Below are positions 9,023-20,046 of a DNA stretch of 64,000 nucleotides, in pieces. Every line of letters begins with the position of its first letter. Positions within the stretch are counted from its first letter, which is position 1. Location: assembly GCA_045636605.1 (NCBI GenBank), contig JAZTXV010000014.1:44557-108556 (forward strand). The letters are read 5' to 3'. Below the pieces are notes generated by a model. The model saw only the letters and a list, made by a program, of their open reading frames with translations, was not told the DNA's origin and ran no database searches. Made by a program: the position numbers and the translations under genes. Source of the DNA: Eubacteriales bacterium (GTDB lineage Bacteria; Bacillota; Clostridia; Oscillospirales; CAG-272).

Positions 9023-9730
9023 ATGCTTGAACAGCTGAGAAAGCAGGTTTACGAGGCAAATATGATGCTCGTAAAATACAATTTGATTACATTCACATGG
9101 GGAAACGTCAGCGGAATTGACAGAGAAAGCGGACTTGTCGTTATCAAGCCCTCAGGTGTTGAATATGATGACCTCACACCCGAAATGCTCGTTGTTGTTG
9201 ACCTTGACGGAAATGTTGTAGAGGGTACATATAAGCCCTCGTCGGATACAGCAACTCACCTTGAGCTTTATAAGGCATACCCCGAAATCGGCGGCGTCAC
9301 TCATACCCACTCGCCTTGGGCAGTAATCTATGCGCAGGCGGGTAGGTCAATCACTCCGTACGGCACAACTCACGCCGACTATTTCGGCACAACCATTCCA
9401 TGTACTCGCAAAATGACCGACGAGGAAATAAAGGGTGAGTACGAAAAGGAAACAGGCACGGTTATTCTCGAGGCTCTAAAGGACATCGGCGCAACCCAAA
9501 TGCACGCAGCGCTCGTTCACTCTCACGGCCCATTCACCTGGGGAGATAATGCCGTTGCATCTGTTGAAGCCGCAGTCGTGCTTGAACAGGTAGCTATGAT
9601 GGCTTATAACACTGAGATGCTTATGCTGAGCGCCTATGGTGAAACAACGAGAATGCAGGAAACGCTTCTTCGCAAGCACTATGACCGCAAGCACGGTCCA
9701 AATGCCTATTACGGACAGGGCAAAAAATAA
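9023..9730 (+). CDS. araD: L-ribulose-5-phosphate 4-epimerase (class II aldolase family)
   Basis: TWGNVS, IKPSG, PSSD, HTHS, HGPF, C-terminal [11 protein letters not shown]. Confidence 0.92.
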   Translation: MLEQLRKQVYEANMMLVKYNLITFTWGNVSGIDRESGLVVIKPSGVEYDDLTPEMLVVVDLDGNVVEGTYKPSSDTATHLELYKAYPEIGGVTHTHSPWAVIYAQAGRSITPYGTTHADYFGTTIPCTRKMTDEEIKGEYEKETGTVILEALKDIGATQMHAALVHSHGPFTWGDNAVASVEAAVVLEQVAMMAYNTEMLMLSAYGETTRMQETLLRKHYDRKHGPNAYYGQGKK

Positions 9731-9922
9731 TCAATTTTTTTAAAAAATGCGCCGTTTTTTGCGTGGTAAAACGAAAAAATTGTGTAAAAAAGATTGATTT
9801 TTCTTGTGGAATATGACAAAAAACAAGAGCCGATTTTGTGCGAATCGTACAAATTCTCGGCTCTTTTTTGCTGCTCTGAAAAATCGAAAGACGAAAAAAT
9901 CTTGAAAATTTTCAAAAAAGTC

Positions 9923-9950
9923 TTGACACAAAATGAAAAGAATGTATAAT
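9923..9950 (+). promoter_or_regulatory. Upstream SigA promoter (possible P1 of S10 operon)
   Basis: TTGACA(9923-9928)-16 bp-TATAAT(9945-9950) preceded by A-tracts. Confidence 0.55.
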
Positions 9951-10182
9951 TTATTTCGCTATATATAAACAAGATATATAATTAAAAGGAAGAAAAACAC
10001 TAAAAATTGACCAAAATCCATTTGTGCAATCATACGAAATTTTCGGCTTTTTTAAGACTTTTTAAGCCTAAAAACAGACTGTATTGAATAAAAACAGGGA
10101 TTTTTTTGTGCAAACTGCACAAAAAATGGCGTTTTTTCTACATTTGACAAAAAGAAAAAATCGAAAAAATTTCAAAAAAATG

Positions 10183-10211
10183 TTGATTTTCCTATATATA
10201 TATGATAAAAT
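10183..10211 (+). promoter_or_regulatory. SigA promoter of the S10 operon
   Basis: TTGATT-17 bp-TAAAAT with TG extension and A-rich UP element, immediately before the GC-rich leader. Confidence 0.7.
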
Positions 10212-10214
10212 ATG

Positions 10215-10465
10215 TAGGCTTGATGCGCGAAGAAGCGAGAGGTTGCCGTAGATGTCGCACTGCTAAGGCGTTTGCGGGGAATTTTCGTGGAGCTCATCGG
10301 ATTCACACGGCAGAGAATGTAAAGCCGGGATCTTCCCCTTGGTTAACCCGAGGTGACGCCTGCTTACATTTGTCCGAACCTATGATATGCTGACGGGTTC
10401 GGTTTTGTTAAGCGGGTGATTGAAACACACGGGGCGGTGTAAAGCAAATAGCCCCCGTCAAATTT
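10215..10465 (+). ncRNA. rpsJ (S10) 5' leader RNA
   Basis: GATG..AAGCGAGAGGTTGCCG...CGGGGAATTTTCGTGGAGC resembles the conserved Firmicute rpsJ leader; followed by extra hairpins (ccgaacc/ggttcgg, acgggg/ccccgt). Confidence 0.65.
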
Positions 10466-10489
10466 CTATTTAATAAGGAGGAAAGCAAA

Positions 10490-10801
10490 ATGGCAGTAAA
10501 CGAAAAGATCAGAGTAAGAGTTAAGGGCTACGACCACACATTGGTTGACCTTGCATCTGAAAAGATTGTTGAGGCAGCTAAGAGAAACGGCGCAACGGTA
10601 TCAGGTCCTATTCCACTCCCAACAGAGAAGGAAATAGTAACGATTCTTCGTGCAGTACACAAGTACAAGGACAGCCGTGAGCAGTTCGAGCAGCGCACTC
10701 ACAAGAGACTCATCGAGATCGTTAAGCCTTCAAAGAAGGTAACTGAAGCTCTTATGAGTCTTGAACTTCCTGCAGGCGTTGAAATCGAAATCAAGCTTTA
10801 A
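10490..10801 (+). CDS. rpsJ: 30S ribosomal protein S10
   Basis: GPIPLPT...[11 protein letters not shown]. Confidence 0.98.
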   Translation: MAVNEKIRVRVKGYDHTLVDLASEKIVEAAKRNGATVSGPIPLPTEKEIVTILRAVHKYKDSREQFEQRTHKRLIEIVKPSKKVTEALMSLELPAGVEIEIKL

Positions 10802-10958
10802 TTGATTAAACGTACGGAAGCGAAAAAGCCAAACCCAACTGTACAGTAACGCAAAACCCACTTAGGCGTTATGATGACGGAAGGTCAAGTTGGTGTATCG
10901 GTCGGCTCCGATAAATTCAAGCACCAACCAATAACCTTAAATTAGGAGGAAGCAAAAA

Positions 10959-11591
10959 ATGAAAAAAGCAATCATCGGTAAAAAGCTCGGTATGACACAG
11001 ATCTTCGCTGAGAACGGCGTAGTAGTTCCTGTGACAGTAATCGAGGCTGGTCCTTGCGTGGTAGTTCAAAAGAAGACTACCGAAACAGATGGTTACAATG
11101 CAGTTCAGCTCGGATTTGAGAAGATAGCTGAAAAGCGTGTAAACAAACCACTTCTTGGTCACTTCAAGAAGGCAGGCGTAGAGCCACAGAGATACCTCAA
11201 GGAATTCAAGCTTGAGAATGCAACAGAATTGAATGTAGGCGATGTAATAGCTATCGATACCTTCGCTGCAGGCGACAAGGTCGATGTTTCAGGCGTTACA
11301 AAGGGCCACGGCTACTCAGGCGCAGTAAAGAGATGGGGACATCACATGCTCCAGGCTACTCACGGTGTAGGTCCAATCCACCGTCAGGTAGGTTCAATGG
11401 GAGCTAACTCCACACCATCAAGAGTTTTCAAGAACAAGAAGATGGCAGGTCAGTACGGTAACGAGAATCTTACAGTACTAAATCTAGAAGTAATCAAAGT
11501 TGATGCTGAAAAGAATCTTATCGCAATCAAGGGTGCCGTTCCCGGTGCTCGTGGCGGTATCGTATTCATTCGCAACAGCGTTAAAGCATAA
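10959..11591 (+). CDS. rplC: 50S ribosomal protein L3
   Basis: [10 protein letters not shown]...KGAVPG; operon order. Confidence 0.98.
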   Translation: MKKAIIGKKLGMTQIFAENGVVVPVTVIEAGPCVVVQKKTTETDGYNAVQLGFEKIAEKRVNKPLLGHFKKAGVEPQRYLKEFKLENATELNVGDVIAIDTFAAGDKVDVSGVTKGHGYSGAVKRWGHHMLQATHGVGPIHRQVGSMGANSTPSRVFKNKKMAGQYGNENLTVLNLEVIKVDAEKNLIAIKGAVPGARGGIVFIRNSVKA

Positions 11592-11607
11592 GTAGGAGGA
11601 AGAAACG

Positions 11608-12231
11608 ATGCCAGAAATTAAGGTTTTAAATATGAACGGCGCAGAAGTTGGTACTCTTGCACTTAGCGAAAAGGTTTTCGGTGCAGAAATCAACGAAGCA
11701 GTTCTTCATGCGGCAGTAAGAGCTTACCTTCTCAACCAAAGACATGGTACACAGTCCACACTCACAAGAAGTGAGGTTTCCGGTGGCGGAAGAAAGCCAT
11801 GGAGACAGAAGGGCACAGGTAGAGCAAGACAGGGCTCAACGAGATCACCACAATGGACACACGGTGGTATTGCTCTCGGACCGAAGCCACGCTCATACAC
11901 AACCAAGCTTAATAAGAAGGTTAAGCAAATCGCTTTGTTCAGCGCTCTCAGCTCTAAGGTAGAGGCAAACGAGATGATCGTTGTTGACGCTATCACAGCA
12001 ACAGAGTTCAAGACAAAGGCAATGGTAGCAATGCTCGCAGCAATCGGCGCAGGAAAGAAGAGCCTCGTGGTTCTTGAAGCTCCCGATGCTATGGTAACAA
12101 AGAGCCTTGCAAACATCCCGGGTGTTAAGGTTGCTTACACCAACACTCTCAATGTATACGACATTCTCAACTGCGACTCAATCGTATTCGCAAAGAATGC
12201 AGTAGCTAAATTAGAGGAGGTATATGCGTAA
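11608..12231 (+). CDS. rplD: 50S ribosomal protein L4
   Basis: KPWRQKGTGRARQGS. Confidence 0.98.
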   Translation: MPEIKVLNMNGAEVGTLALSEKVFGAEINEAVLHAAVRAYLLNQRHGTQSTLTRSEVSGGGRKPWRQKGTGRARQGSTRSPQWTHGGIALGPKPRSYTTKLNKKVKQIALFSALSSKVEANEMIVVDAITATEFKTKAMVAMLAAIGAGKKSLVVLEAPDAMVTKSLANIPGVKVAYTNTLNVYDILNCDSIVFAKNAVAKLEEVYA

Positions 12232-12524
12232 TGAAATTCGCTCAGGACATAATCCTCAAACCAATCATCACTGAAAAGTCAATGGATGGCATCTCCGCAA
12301 AGAGATACACATTCAAGGTAGCAATCGACGCAACAAAGCCTGAAATCGCAGCAGCGGTTGAGGAGCTCTTCAACGTAAAGGTTGCAAGTGTTAATACAAT
12401 TATTATGAAGAAGAAGCCAAAGAGAATGGGTTATCACTATGGATACACCTCTGAGTGGAAGAAAGCAATCGTAACACTCAAGGCAGACTCCAAGGAAATC
12501 GAGTTCTTTAACGGCTTGAACTAA
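12231..12524 (+). CDS. rplW: 50S ribosomal protein L23
   Basis: PIITEKS...WKKAIVTL. Confidence 0.97.
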   Translation: MKFAQDIILKPIITEKSMDGISAKRYTFKVAIDATKPEIAAAVEELFNVKVASVNTIIMKKKPKRMGYHYGYTSEWKKAIVTLKADSKEIEFFNGLN

Positions 12525-12542
12525 GACGGGAGGCAGTAAACA

Positions 12543-13370
12543 ATGGCTACAATGAAATATAAACCTACCACACCGTCGAGAAGACACATGTCGGTAGCGT
12601 CCTTCGAAGAAGTAACAAAGTTTACTCCCGAGAAGAGCTTGATCGTAATCAAGAAAAAGCACTCCGGCCGTAACAGCTACGGTAAGATCACCGTTCGTCA
12701 CCAAGGCGGCGGAAACAAGCAAAAGTACAGACTTATCGATTTCAAGAGAACTCAACCTAAGGCAACAGTTATCGGTATTGAGTATGACCCTAACAGAACA
12801 TCATACATCGCTTTGCTCCAGGACGACGAGGGCAAGAAGAGCTATGTAATCGCTCCTGTTGGAGTAACAGACGGCGACGTTCTTTACTCAGGTCCCGATG
12901 CTGATATCAAGCCGGGTAACACTCTCCCAATCGAGTACATTCCTGTTGGTACAATCATTCACAACATCGAAATTTATCCCGGTAAGGGCGCACAGCTCGT
13001 TCGTTCCGCAGGTGCTCAGGCACAGGTTATGGCTAAGGAAAACGGAATGGCTCAGGTAAGAATTCCCTCCGGTGAGGTTCGTTACATCAGACTTGACTGT
13101 AAGGCAACAATCGGTCAGGTTGGTAACATTGAGCATGATACCATCAAGATTGGTAAGGCCGGTAAGACACGTCATATGGGCATTCGTCCAACAGTTCGTG
13201 GTTCTGTAATGAACCCCTGCGATCACCCACACGGTGGTGGTGAGGGTAAATCACCAATCGGCCGTCCGGGCCCGGTAACCCCATGGGGCAAGCCTGCTCT
13301 TGGTCTTAAGACAAGAAACAAGAAGGCAAGAACAAACAAGTATATCGTTAAGCGTAGAAACGGCAGATAA
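12543..13370 (+). CDS. rplB: 50S ribosomal protein L2
   Basis: [20 protein letters not shown]. Confidence 0.98.
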   Translation: MATMKYKPTTPSRRHMSVASFEEVTKFTPEKSLIVIKKKHSGRNSYGKITVRHQGGGNKQKYRLIDFKRTQPKATVIGIEYDPNRTSYIALLQDDEGKKSYVIAPVGVTDGDVLYSGPDADIKPGNTLPIEYIPVGTIIHNIEIYPGKGAQLVRSAGAQAQVMAKENGMAQVRIPSGEVRYIRLDCKATIGQVGNIEHDTIKIGKAGKTRHMGIRPTVRGSVMNPCDHPHGGGEGKSPIGRPGPVTPWGKPALGLKTRNKKARTNKYIVKRRNGR

Positions 13371-13384
13371 GAAAGGAGAAGAAT

Positions 13385-13666
13385 ATGAGCAGAAGTTTGA
13401 AAAAAGCGCCTTATGTAGAAGAAAAGCTCTACAACCGTATCGTTGCAATGAACGAGAAGGGCGAAAAGAAGGTTATAAAAACATGGTCACGTTCTTCGAC
13501 CATCTTCCCGGAATTCGTTGGACACACAATCGCTGTTCACGATGGAAGAAAGCATGTTCCTGTATATGTTGTTGAGGATATGGTAGGACACAAGCTCGGC
13601 GAGTTTGCATTCACCAGAACCTTCAAGGGCCACGCAGGTTCAAAGACATCTAATAACGGTAAATAA
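13385..13666 (+). CDS. rpsS: 30S ribosomal protein S19
   Basis: [15 protein letters not shown]. Confidence 0.98.
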   Translation: MSRSLKKAPYVEEKLYNRIVAMNEKGEKKVIKTWSRSSTIFPEFVGHTIAVHDGRKHVPVYVVEDMVGHKLGEFAFTRTFKGHAGSKTSNNGK

Positions 13667-13683
13667 TAGGAGGCAACATCACA

Positions 13684-14103
13684 ATGGAAGAAATGGTAAC
13701 TCATTCTGCCAAGAAGAGCGTACGTGTTCGTGCACGTAAGGCTGAGGCTAAGGCTGCGGCAGTAAAAGAAGTAAAAGCATACCTTTATGATGTTCGCATC
13801 GCTCCTCGCAAGGTAAAAATCGTTCTCGACCTCATTCGTGGTAAGAACGTTGAGATGGCAGCAGCAATTCTTAAGAACACTCCTAAGAGCGCCGCTGAAT
13901 ATCTTGGAAAGTTGCTTGCAAGTGCAGTAGCAAATGCAGAGAACAATCATCAAATGGATATTTCAAAGCTTTACGTTTCACAATGCTTTGTAACCGCTGG
14001 TAGCCATATGCTCAAGAGAGTAATGCCCAGAGGAAAAGGCAGTGCGAACAGAATTTTAAAGAGAACCAGCCACATCACAATCGCAGTGGCTGAGAAAGAG
14101 TAA
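13684..14103 (+). CDS. rplV: 50S ribosomal protein L22 (N-terminally extended)
   Basis: [31 protein letters not shown] before 13684. Confidence 0.96.
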   Translation: MEEMVTHSAKKSVRVRARKAEAKAAAVKEVKAYLYDVRIAPRKVKIVLDLIRGKNVEMAAAILKNTPKSAAEYLGKLLASAVANAENNHQMDISKLYVSQCFVTAGSHMLKRVMPRGKGSANRILKRTSHITIAVAEKE

Positions 14104-14117
14104 GGAGGTACGCTGAA

Positions 14118-14891
14118 ATGGGACAAAAGGTTAATCCACACGGATTGCGTGTTGGCGTAATCAAAAACTGGGATTCAAGATGGTACGCATCTGATGAAAA
14201 CTTCGGCGACATCCTTGTATCTGACTACAACTTGAGAAAATTCCTCAAGAACAAGCTCCTTTCTGCAGGAGTATCAAAAATCGAAATCGAAAGAGATTCA
14301 GCAAACGAAACAGTAAAGGTGTTCATTCACTGTGCGAAGCCCGGTATTCTTATCGGTAAGGGCGGCGCAGGCATCGAGGCAATCCGTAAGGATGTTGAGA
14401 AGCTCACAGGCAAGAAGGCACTCGTAAATGTAGTTGAGGTTAAGCTCGTTGATACAGACGCTCAGCTCGTTGCTGAAAACATCTGCAGCCAGCTCGAGAG
14501 AAGAATTGGCTTCCGCCGTGCTATGAAGCAGGCAATCGGTAGAACAATGAAGTTCGCTAAGGGTATTAAGATCGCTTGCAGCGGTCGTCTTGGCGGCGCT
14601 GAAATCGCTCGTACAGAGCACTACCACGAGGGAACAATTCCGCTTCAGACTCTTAGAGCAGATATCGACTATGGTTTCTGGGAAGCAAACACCACTTATG
14701 GTAAGATCGGTGTTAAGGTTTGGATCTATAAGGGCGAAATCCTCAACGACGTTGCAAAGACAACCGAGCAGAGAAACGACCGCCCCAGAAGAAGAAACAA
14801 CTCTAACAACAGAAACGATAGAAACGACAGAAACGGCAGAGGCCCAAGAAGAGCTGCAGCTCCTAAAAACACAGAAGGAGGCGCACACTAA
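14118..14891 (+). CDS. rpsC: 30S ribosomal protein S3
   Basis: [32 protein letters not shown]. Confidence 0.98.
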   Translation: MGQKVNPHGLRVGVIKNWDSRWYASDENFGDILVSDYNLRKFLKNKLLSAGVSKIEIERDSANETVKVFIHCAKPGILIGKGGAGIEAIRKDVEKLTGKKALVNVVEVKLVDTDAQLVAENICSQLERRIGFRRAMKQAIGRTMKFAKGIKIACSGRLGGAEIARTEHYHEGTIPLQTLRADIDYGFWEANTTYGKIGVKVWIYKGEILNDVAKTTEQRNDRPRRRNNSNNRNDRNDRNGRGPRRAAAPKNTEGGAH

Positions 14892-15319
14892 TGTTAATGC
14901 CTAAAAGAGTAAAATACAGACGTGTTCAAAGAGGCCGCCTTAAAGGAAAGGCTTCAAGAGGTAACACAGTAACAAGCGGTCAATACGGCCTTGTTGCATT
15001 GGAGCCTGCTTGGATTCACGCAAATCAAATTGAAGCAGCCCGTATCGCTATGACAAGATATATCCGTCGTGGTGGTAAGGTATGGATCAAAATATTCCCT
15101 GATAAGCCAATCACCGAAAAGCCTGCTGAAACTCGTATGGGTTCAGGTAAGGGTTCACCGGAGTACTGGGCAGCAGTAGTTAAGCCCGGCAGAGTAATGT
15201 TCGAAATGGACGGCGTATCTGAAGAAGTTGCAAGAGAGGCTATGCGTCTTGCAATGCACAAGCTTCCTATTAAGTGTAAGTTTGTGATTAGGGAGCAAAT
15301 CGAGGAAGTGGAGGAATAA
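14891..15319 (+). CDS. rplP: 50S ribosomal protein L16
   Basis: [17 protein letters not shown]. Confidence 0.98.
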   Translation: MLMPKRVKYRRVQRGRLKGKASRGNTVTSGQYGLVALEPAWIHANQIEAARIAMTRYIRRGGKVWIKIFPDKPITEKPAETRMGSGKGSPEYWAAVVKPGRVMFEMDGVSEEVAREAMRLAMHKLPIKCKFVIREQIEEVEE

Positions 15320-15322
15320 GCT

Positions 15323-15511
15323 GTGAAAATTAATGAAATCAGAGAAATGTCTTCACAAGACTTGGAAAAGAAGCTAAAGGAGCTTAAGCAAGAGCTTTTC
15401 AACCTTCGTTTCCAGCATGCGATTAACCAGCTCGAAAATCCTCACAGAATTGCTGATGTTAAAAGAGACATCGCAAGAGTAATGACCATTCTCAACGAGA
15501 AGAACGCATAA
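15323..15511 (+). CDS. rpmC: 50S ribosomal protein L29
   Basis: ELFNLRFQ...IARVMT; GTG start. Confidence 0.96.
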   Translation: MKINEIREMSSQDLEKKLKELKQELFNLRFQHAINQLENPHRIADVKRDIARVMTILNEKNA

Positions 15512-15528
15512 TCGGAGGATAAAGAGTT

Positions 15529-15786
15529 ATGACAGAACGCAACTTGAGAAAAACAAGAGTTGGTATTGTTGTTAGCAATAAAATGGATAAGACAATCGTT
15601 GTTGCAATCCAGGATAATGTAAAGCACGCAGTTTACGGCAAGATTATCAAGCACACAACAAAGATCCACGCTCACGACGAAAAGAATGAGTGCAGCATCG
15701 GCGACAAGGTAGAGGTAATGGAAACAAGACCTCTTTCCAAGACAAAGAGATGGCGTCTCGTTCAAATCATAGAAAAGGCAAAATAA
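15529..15786 (+). CDS. rpsQ: 30S ribosomal protein S17
   Basis: [19 protein letters not shown]. Confidence 0.98.
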   Translation: MTERNLRKTRVGIVVSNKMDKTIVVAIQDNVKHAVYGKIIKHTTKIHAHDEKNECSIGDKVEVMETRPLSKTKRWRLVQIIEKAK

Positions 15787-15852
15787 TTAATCCTTATGAG
15801 GGTACATTTAAAATGTGCCGAATATTAGGGAAACCTTATTAGGAGGATAAAA

Positions 15853-16221
15853 ATGATTCAGCAAGAAAGCAGAATGAAGGTTGCCGACAATACAGGCGCT
15901 AAGGAGCTTCTTTGCATCAGAGTTCTCGGTGGTACAGGCAGAAGATATGCTAACATCGGAGATATCGTAGTATGCTCAGTAAAGAAGGCTGCTCCCGGCG
16001 GTATTGTTAAGAAAGGCGACGTTGTTAAGGCTGTTATCGTAAGAAGCGTTAAGGGCGTACACCGTGCTGACGGCTCTTACATCAAGTTCGACGAGAACGC
16101 AGCAGTTATTATTAAGGAAGATAAGACTCCAAGAGGAACACGTATCTTTGGCCCGGTAGCAAGAGAGCTCCGTGAGAAGGAATTCACAAAGATCTTGTCC
16201 CTCGCCCCGGAAGTACTTTAA
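15853..16221 (+). CDS. rplN: 50S ribosomal protein L14
   Basis: [22 protein letters not shown]. Confidence 0.98.
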   Translation: MIQQESRMKVADNTGAKELLCIRVLGGTGRRYANIGDIVVCSVKKAAPGGIVKKGDVVKAVIVRSVKGVHRADGSYIKFDENAAVIIKEDKTPRGTRIFGPVARELREKEFTKILSLAPEVL

Positions 16222-16238
16222 TCAGGAGGTAATCAATA

Positions 16239-16553
16239 ATGAATAAGATGCATGTTAAAACAGGCGATACCGTTATTGTTATTTCCGGTGACAGTAAGGG
16301 TGTTAAGGGAGAGGTGCTCGCAGTAAGCCCCGACGAAAAGAAGGTTATTGTAAAGGGTGTTAACATCGTTACAAAGCACACAAAGCCAAGAAGACAGGGC
16401 GAAGCAGGCGGCATCATTAAGGTAGAAGGCGCTATGTATGCGTCTAAGGTACAGCTCTACTGCAAATCATGTGACAAGGCTACAAGAGCCGCTCACAAGA
16501 TAGTAGACGGCAAGAAGATCCGCGTTTGCGCAAAATGCGGCAAAGAGCTTTAA
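16239..16553 (+). CDS. rplX: 50S ribosomal protein L24
   Basis: KOW GDTVIVISG; C-terminal CKSC/CAKC. Confidence 0.97.
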   Translation: MNKMHVKTGDTVIVISGDSKGVKGEVLAVSPDEKKVIVKGVNIVTKHTKPRRQGEAGGIIKVEGAMYASKVQLYCKSCDKATRAAHKIVDGKKIRVCAKCGKEL

Positions 16554-16568
16554 TAGGGGGTAACTAAA

Positions 16569-17108
16569 ATGGCAAGATTTGCAGATCTTTATAAGAACGA
16601 AGTTGCTCCTGCTCTTATGAGCAAGTTCGGATACAAGAGCCCAATGCAGATTCCAAGATTCAACAAGATTGTAATCAACGTTGGTGCAGGCGATGCAAAG
16701 GATAACTCAAAGGTTATCGACAGCATCATAGAGGAAATTTCAATGATCGCAGGACAGAGAGCAGTTCCTACCTACGCAAGAAAGAGCGTAGCTAACTTTA
16801 AGCTCCGTGAGGGCGTAAAGATTGGTGTTAAGGTAACACTCCGTGGCGAGAGAATGTACGAGTTTATGGATAAGCTCTTCACATTCGCACTCCCAAGAGT
16901 TCGTGACTTTAAGGGTATCAATCCTAACGGCTTCGACGGACACGGAAACTACTCAATGGGACTTCGTGAGCAGTTGATTTTCCCTGAAATCGAGTACGAT
17001 AAGGTTGACAAGATTCGTGGTATGGATATCACATTCGTTACAACCGCAAATACCGACGAAGAAGCAAAAGAGCTCCTTACACTTATGGGCGCTCCGTTTG
17101 CTAAATAA
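16569..17108 (+). CDS. rplE: 50S ribosomal protein L5
   Basis: [17 protein letters not shown]. Confidence 0.98.
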   Translation: MARFADLYKNEVAPALMSKFGYKSPMQIPRFNKIVINVGAGDAKDNSKVIDSIIEEISMIAGQRAVPTYARKSVANFKLREGVKIGVKVTLRGERMYEFMDKLFTFALPRVRDFKGINPNGFDGHGNYSMGLREQLIFPEIEYDKVDKIRGMDITFVTTANTDEEAKELLTLMGAPFAK

Positions 17109-17122
17109 TTGGAGGATTTAAA

Positions 17123-17308
17123 ATGGCTAAGAAAGCAATGGTACTCAAACAGCAGAAGAAGCAGAAATTCTCCACAAGAGAATACAACCGCTGCAAAATC
17201 TGCGGCAGACCTCACGGCTATCTTCGTAAGTATGGCATTTGCCGTATCTGCTTCCGTGAGAGAGCATACGCAGGAGAAATCCCCGGCGTAAAGAAAGCAA
17301 GCTGGTAA
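17123..17308 (+). CDS. rpsZ: 30S ribosomal protein S14, zinc-binding type
   Basis: 61 aa, CKICGR...CRIC, KASW. Confidence 0.96.
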   Translation: MAKKAMVLKQQKKQKFSTREYNRCKICGRPHGYLRKYGICRICFRERAYAGEIPGVKKASW

Positions 17309-17423
17309 TTTTCCGGCTACTCCAATCTATCGGAAGGAAACACGAAATTGTTTAACCACCGATATGCCGTCGCCCGAGAGGGTGGCAGCAAGACAAATAC
17401 TTGCATAAAAGGAGATTAAAACA

Positions 17424-17819
17424 ATGCAAATTTCAGACGTAATCGCAGATATGCTCACAAGAATCAGAAATGCGAGCAATGCAAAGCACGAAACAGTTGA
17501 CGTTCCCGCTTCAAATATGAAGAAGGCAATCGCTGATATCCTTCTCGAAGAGGGCTACATTAAGGCTGTAACCGTTATTGAGGACGGTAAGCAGGGTGTA
17601 ATCAGAATTACACTTAAGTATGACGGCAAGGCAAAGGTAATTCACGGTATTCGCAGAGTTTCTAAGCCCGGTCTTCGTATCTACTCAAATTGCGAGGATA
17701 TGCCTAAGGTTATGAACGGCCTCGGCATCGCAATCGTATCCACATCAAAGGGCATTATGACAGACAAAAAGGCAAGACGTGAAAACGTTGGCGGCGAAGT
17801 TCTCGCATTTGTTTGGTAA
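17424..17819 (+). CDS. rpsH: 30S ribosomal protein S8
   Basis: [19 protein letters not shown]. Confidence 0.98.
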   Translation: MQISDVIADMLTRIRNASNAKHETVDVPASNMKKAIADILLEEGYIKAVTVIEDGKQGVIRITLKYDGKAKVIHGIRRVSKPGLRIYSNCEDMPKVMNGLGIAIVSTSKGIMTDKKARRENVGGEVLAFVW

Positions 17820-17834
17820 TAGGAGGAAAAGGAC

Positions 17835-18377
17835 ATGTCAAGAATCGGAAGAGCTCCAATCAATGTTCCTGCAGGCGTTGATGTAAACATCGACACAGCT
17901 AACTCTGTTATCACAGTAAAGGGCCCTAAGGGTACATTAACACTTAACTATCACAGCAGAATGATCGTTGCTATGGAAGGCAACGTAATCACTGTTTCTC
18001 GTCCAAGCGACGAAAAAGAGGACCGTTCACTTCACGGTCTTACAAGAACTCTTATCAACAACATGGTTGTAGGCGTTACAGCAGGCTACTCAAAGAAGCT
18101 TGAGGTTAACGGCGTAGGATACAGAGTTGCAATGCAGGGTAAGAACCTCAACCTCACACTCGGCTACTCACATCCCGTAGTAGTTGAAGCACCAGAGGGA
18201 ATCACGTTCGAAACACCTGATGCTAACACTATCTTCGTAAGAGGAATTGATAAGCAGCTCGTTGGCGAAACAGCAGCTTACATTCGTTCAAGAAGAGCAC
18301 CTGAGCCATACAAGGGCAAGGGTATTAAATACGAGGGCGAAAAGATTCGCCGTAAAGCCGGTAAGACTGGTAAGTAA
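17835..18377 (+). CDS. rplF: 50S ribosomal protein L6
   Basis: [14 protein letters not shown]. Confidence 0.98.
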   Translation: MSRIGRAPINVPAGVDVNIDTANSVITVKGPKGTLTLNYHSRMIVAMEGNVITVSRPSDEKEDRSLHGLTRTLINNMVVGVTAGYSKKLEVNGVGYRVAMQGKNLNLTLGYSHPVVVEAPEGITFETPDANTIFVRGIDKQLVGETAAYIRSRRAPEPYKGKGIKYEGEKIRRKAGKTGK

Positions 18378-18395
18378 TGAAAGGAGACGACAAAA

Positions 18396-18755
18396 ATGGT
18401 ATCAAGAAGAGATAGCAATGCGCAACGCCTTAAGAGACACGCAAGAGTTCGTGGAAAGATTTCCGGAACAGCTGAGCGTCCTCGTCTTTGCGTTTATCGT
18501 TCAAACAAGAACATCTCTTGCCAAATCATCGATGACGTAGCAGGAGTAACACTCGTTTCCGCTTCTTCTCAGGAGGCTGGCTTCGAAGGAATCGGAAGCA
18601 ACAAGGAGGCTGCAAGAAAGGTTGGCCTCATGATCGCTGAAAAGGCGCTCGCAAAAGGAATCACCACAGTAGTATTCGACCGTGGCGGATACGTATATCA
18701 CGGACGTGTATCGGAGCTTGCAGAGGGTGCAAGAGAGGGCGGACTTAAGTTCTAA
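18396..18755 (+). CDS. rplR: 50S ribosomal protein L18
   Basis: [21 protein letters not shown]. Confidence 0.98.
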   Translation: MVSRRDSNAQRLKRHARVRGKISGTAERPRLCVYRSNKNISCQIIDDVAGVTLVSASSQEAGFEGIGSNKEAARKVGLMIAEKALAKGITTVVFDRGGYVYHGRVSELAEGAREGGLKF

Positions 18756-18831
18756 TCTCAACCAAGTAAGACTTCGGTTTGTACACTGTTTAATTCACTT
18801 AAATCAATTAAACAAATAGGAGAAAATTAAA

Positions 18832-19335
18832 ATGGCAATGATGAAAATCGATCCATCAACTCTTGATCTCAAAGAGAAGATGGTTGCGCTCAACCGTGTA
18901 TCTAAGACGGTAAAGGGTGGTCGTATTGCTCGTTTCACCGCACTTATGGTAGTAGGTGACGGAAACGGCCACGTAGGCTATGGTCTTGGTAAGGCAGCTG
19001 AGGTTCCCGAAGCAATTAAAAAGGGAATTGAGGATGCAAAGAAGAACATGATCACCGTAGCAATGAGAGATACTACAATCCCACACGAAGTAATCGGAAA
19101 GTTCGGTGCAGGCACCGTGCTTCTCAAGCCCGCAGCTCTCGGTACAGGTATTATCGCAGGACAAACAGTTCGTGCAGTGCTTGAGCTCGCAGGCATTAAG
19201 AACATCAGAGCTAAGAGCCTTCGCTCAAACAACAAGACAAACGTAATCAAGGCTACGTTTGAGGCACTCAAGGCACTTAGAACAGCTGATGACGTTGCAA
19301 GAACTCGTGGAATTGACGTAAACGAGTTAGGTTAA
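18832..19335 (+). CDS. rpsE: 30S ribosomal protein S5
   Basis: [17 protein letters not shown]. Confidence 0.98.
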   Translation: MAMMKIDPSTLDLKEKMVALNRVSKTVKGGRIARFTALMVVGDGNGHVGYGLGKAAEVPEAIKKGIEDAKKNMITVAMRDTTIPHEVIGKFGAGTVLLKPAALGTGIIAGQTVRAVLELAGIKNIRAKSLRSNNKTNVIKATFEALKALRTADDVARTRGIDVNELG

Positions 19336-19348
19336 GGAGGAACATAAG

Positions 19349-19528
19349 ATGGAAAAGGTTAAAGTAACATTAACAAAGAGTCTTATTGCCTCTAAGCCAA
19401 ACCAAAAGGCAACTGCAAAATCTCTTGGCCTCACCAAGATTGGTGACAGCATCGTTCTCGTAAACGATCAGGTTTTGGCAGGCAAACTAAGGGTTATCGG
19501 CCACCTCGTAACAGTAGAACAGGCATAA
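19349..19528 (+). CDS. rpmD: 50S ribosomal protein L30 (59 aa, below ORF-track cutoff)
   Basis: Manual translation MEKVKVTLTKSLIA...SLGLTKIG...HLVTVEQA; RBS AAGGAGG; position between rpsE and rplO. Confidence 0.93.
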   Translation: MEKVKVTLTKSLIASKPNQKATAKSLGLTKIGDSIVLVNDQVLAGKLRVIGHLVTVEQA

Positions 19529-19603
19529 CCTTAAACTGCCAAAGGGCAGAAATTGGTTGAAAAATCAATCACACAAAATCAATTTCAACAAGGAGGATAA
19601 AAA

Positions 19604-20044
19604 ATGAAGCTCCATGAACTTTCACCCGCTGAAAACTCAACAAAATCAGCTTGGCGCAAGGGAAGAGGTCCCGGCTCAGGAAACGGTAAAACCGCAGGAA
19701 AGGGCCACAAGGGTCAAAACGCACGCTCAGGCGGCGGAGTAAGACCTGGCTTTGAAGGCGGACAGCTCCCACTTTACAGAAAACTTCCTAAAAGAGGTTT
19801 TAATAACAAATTCGGTAAAGAATACGCTATTATAAATGTAAGCACTCTTAATAAGTTCGAAAACGGTGCAACCGTAACAATCGAAACACTCATCGAAAAG
19901 GGTATTCTCGACAAGGCACTTGACGGACTTAAGGTGCTTGGAAACGGTGAACTCAAGAAAGCTATCACTGTCGTAGCAAAGGTTTTCTCTGCAACTGCAA
20001 GAGAGAAAATTGAGGCTGCCGGCGGAAAAGCCGAGGTGAAATAA
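19604..20044 (+). CDS. rplO: 50S ribosomal protein L15
   Basis: [17 protein letters not shown]. Confidence 0.98.
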   Translation: MKLHELSPAENSTKSAWRKGRGPGSGNGKTAGKGHKGQNARSGGGVRPGFEGGQLPLYRKLPKRGFNNKFGKEYAIINVSTLNKFENGATVTIETLIEKGILDKALDGLKVLGNGELKKAITVVAKVFSATAREKIEAAGGKAEVK

Positions 20045-20046
20045 TT

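Noticed and set aside
14770..14860. Arg/Asn/Asp repeats at the S3 C-terminus
   Set aside because: Low-complexity S3 tails are common and need no special explanation
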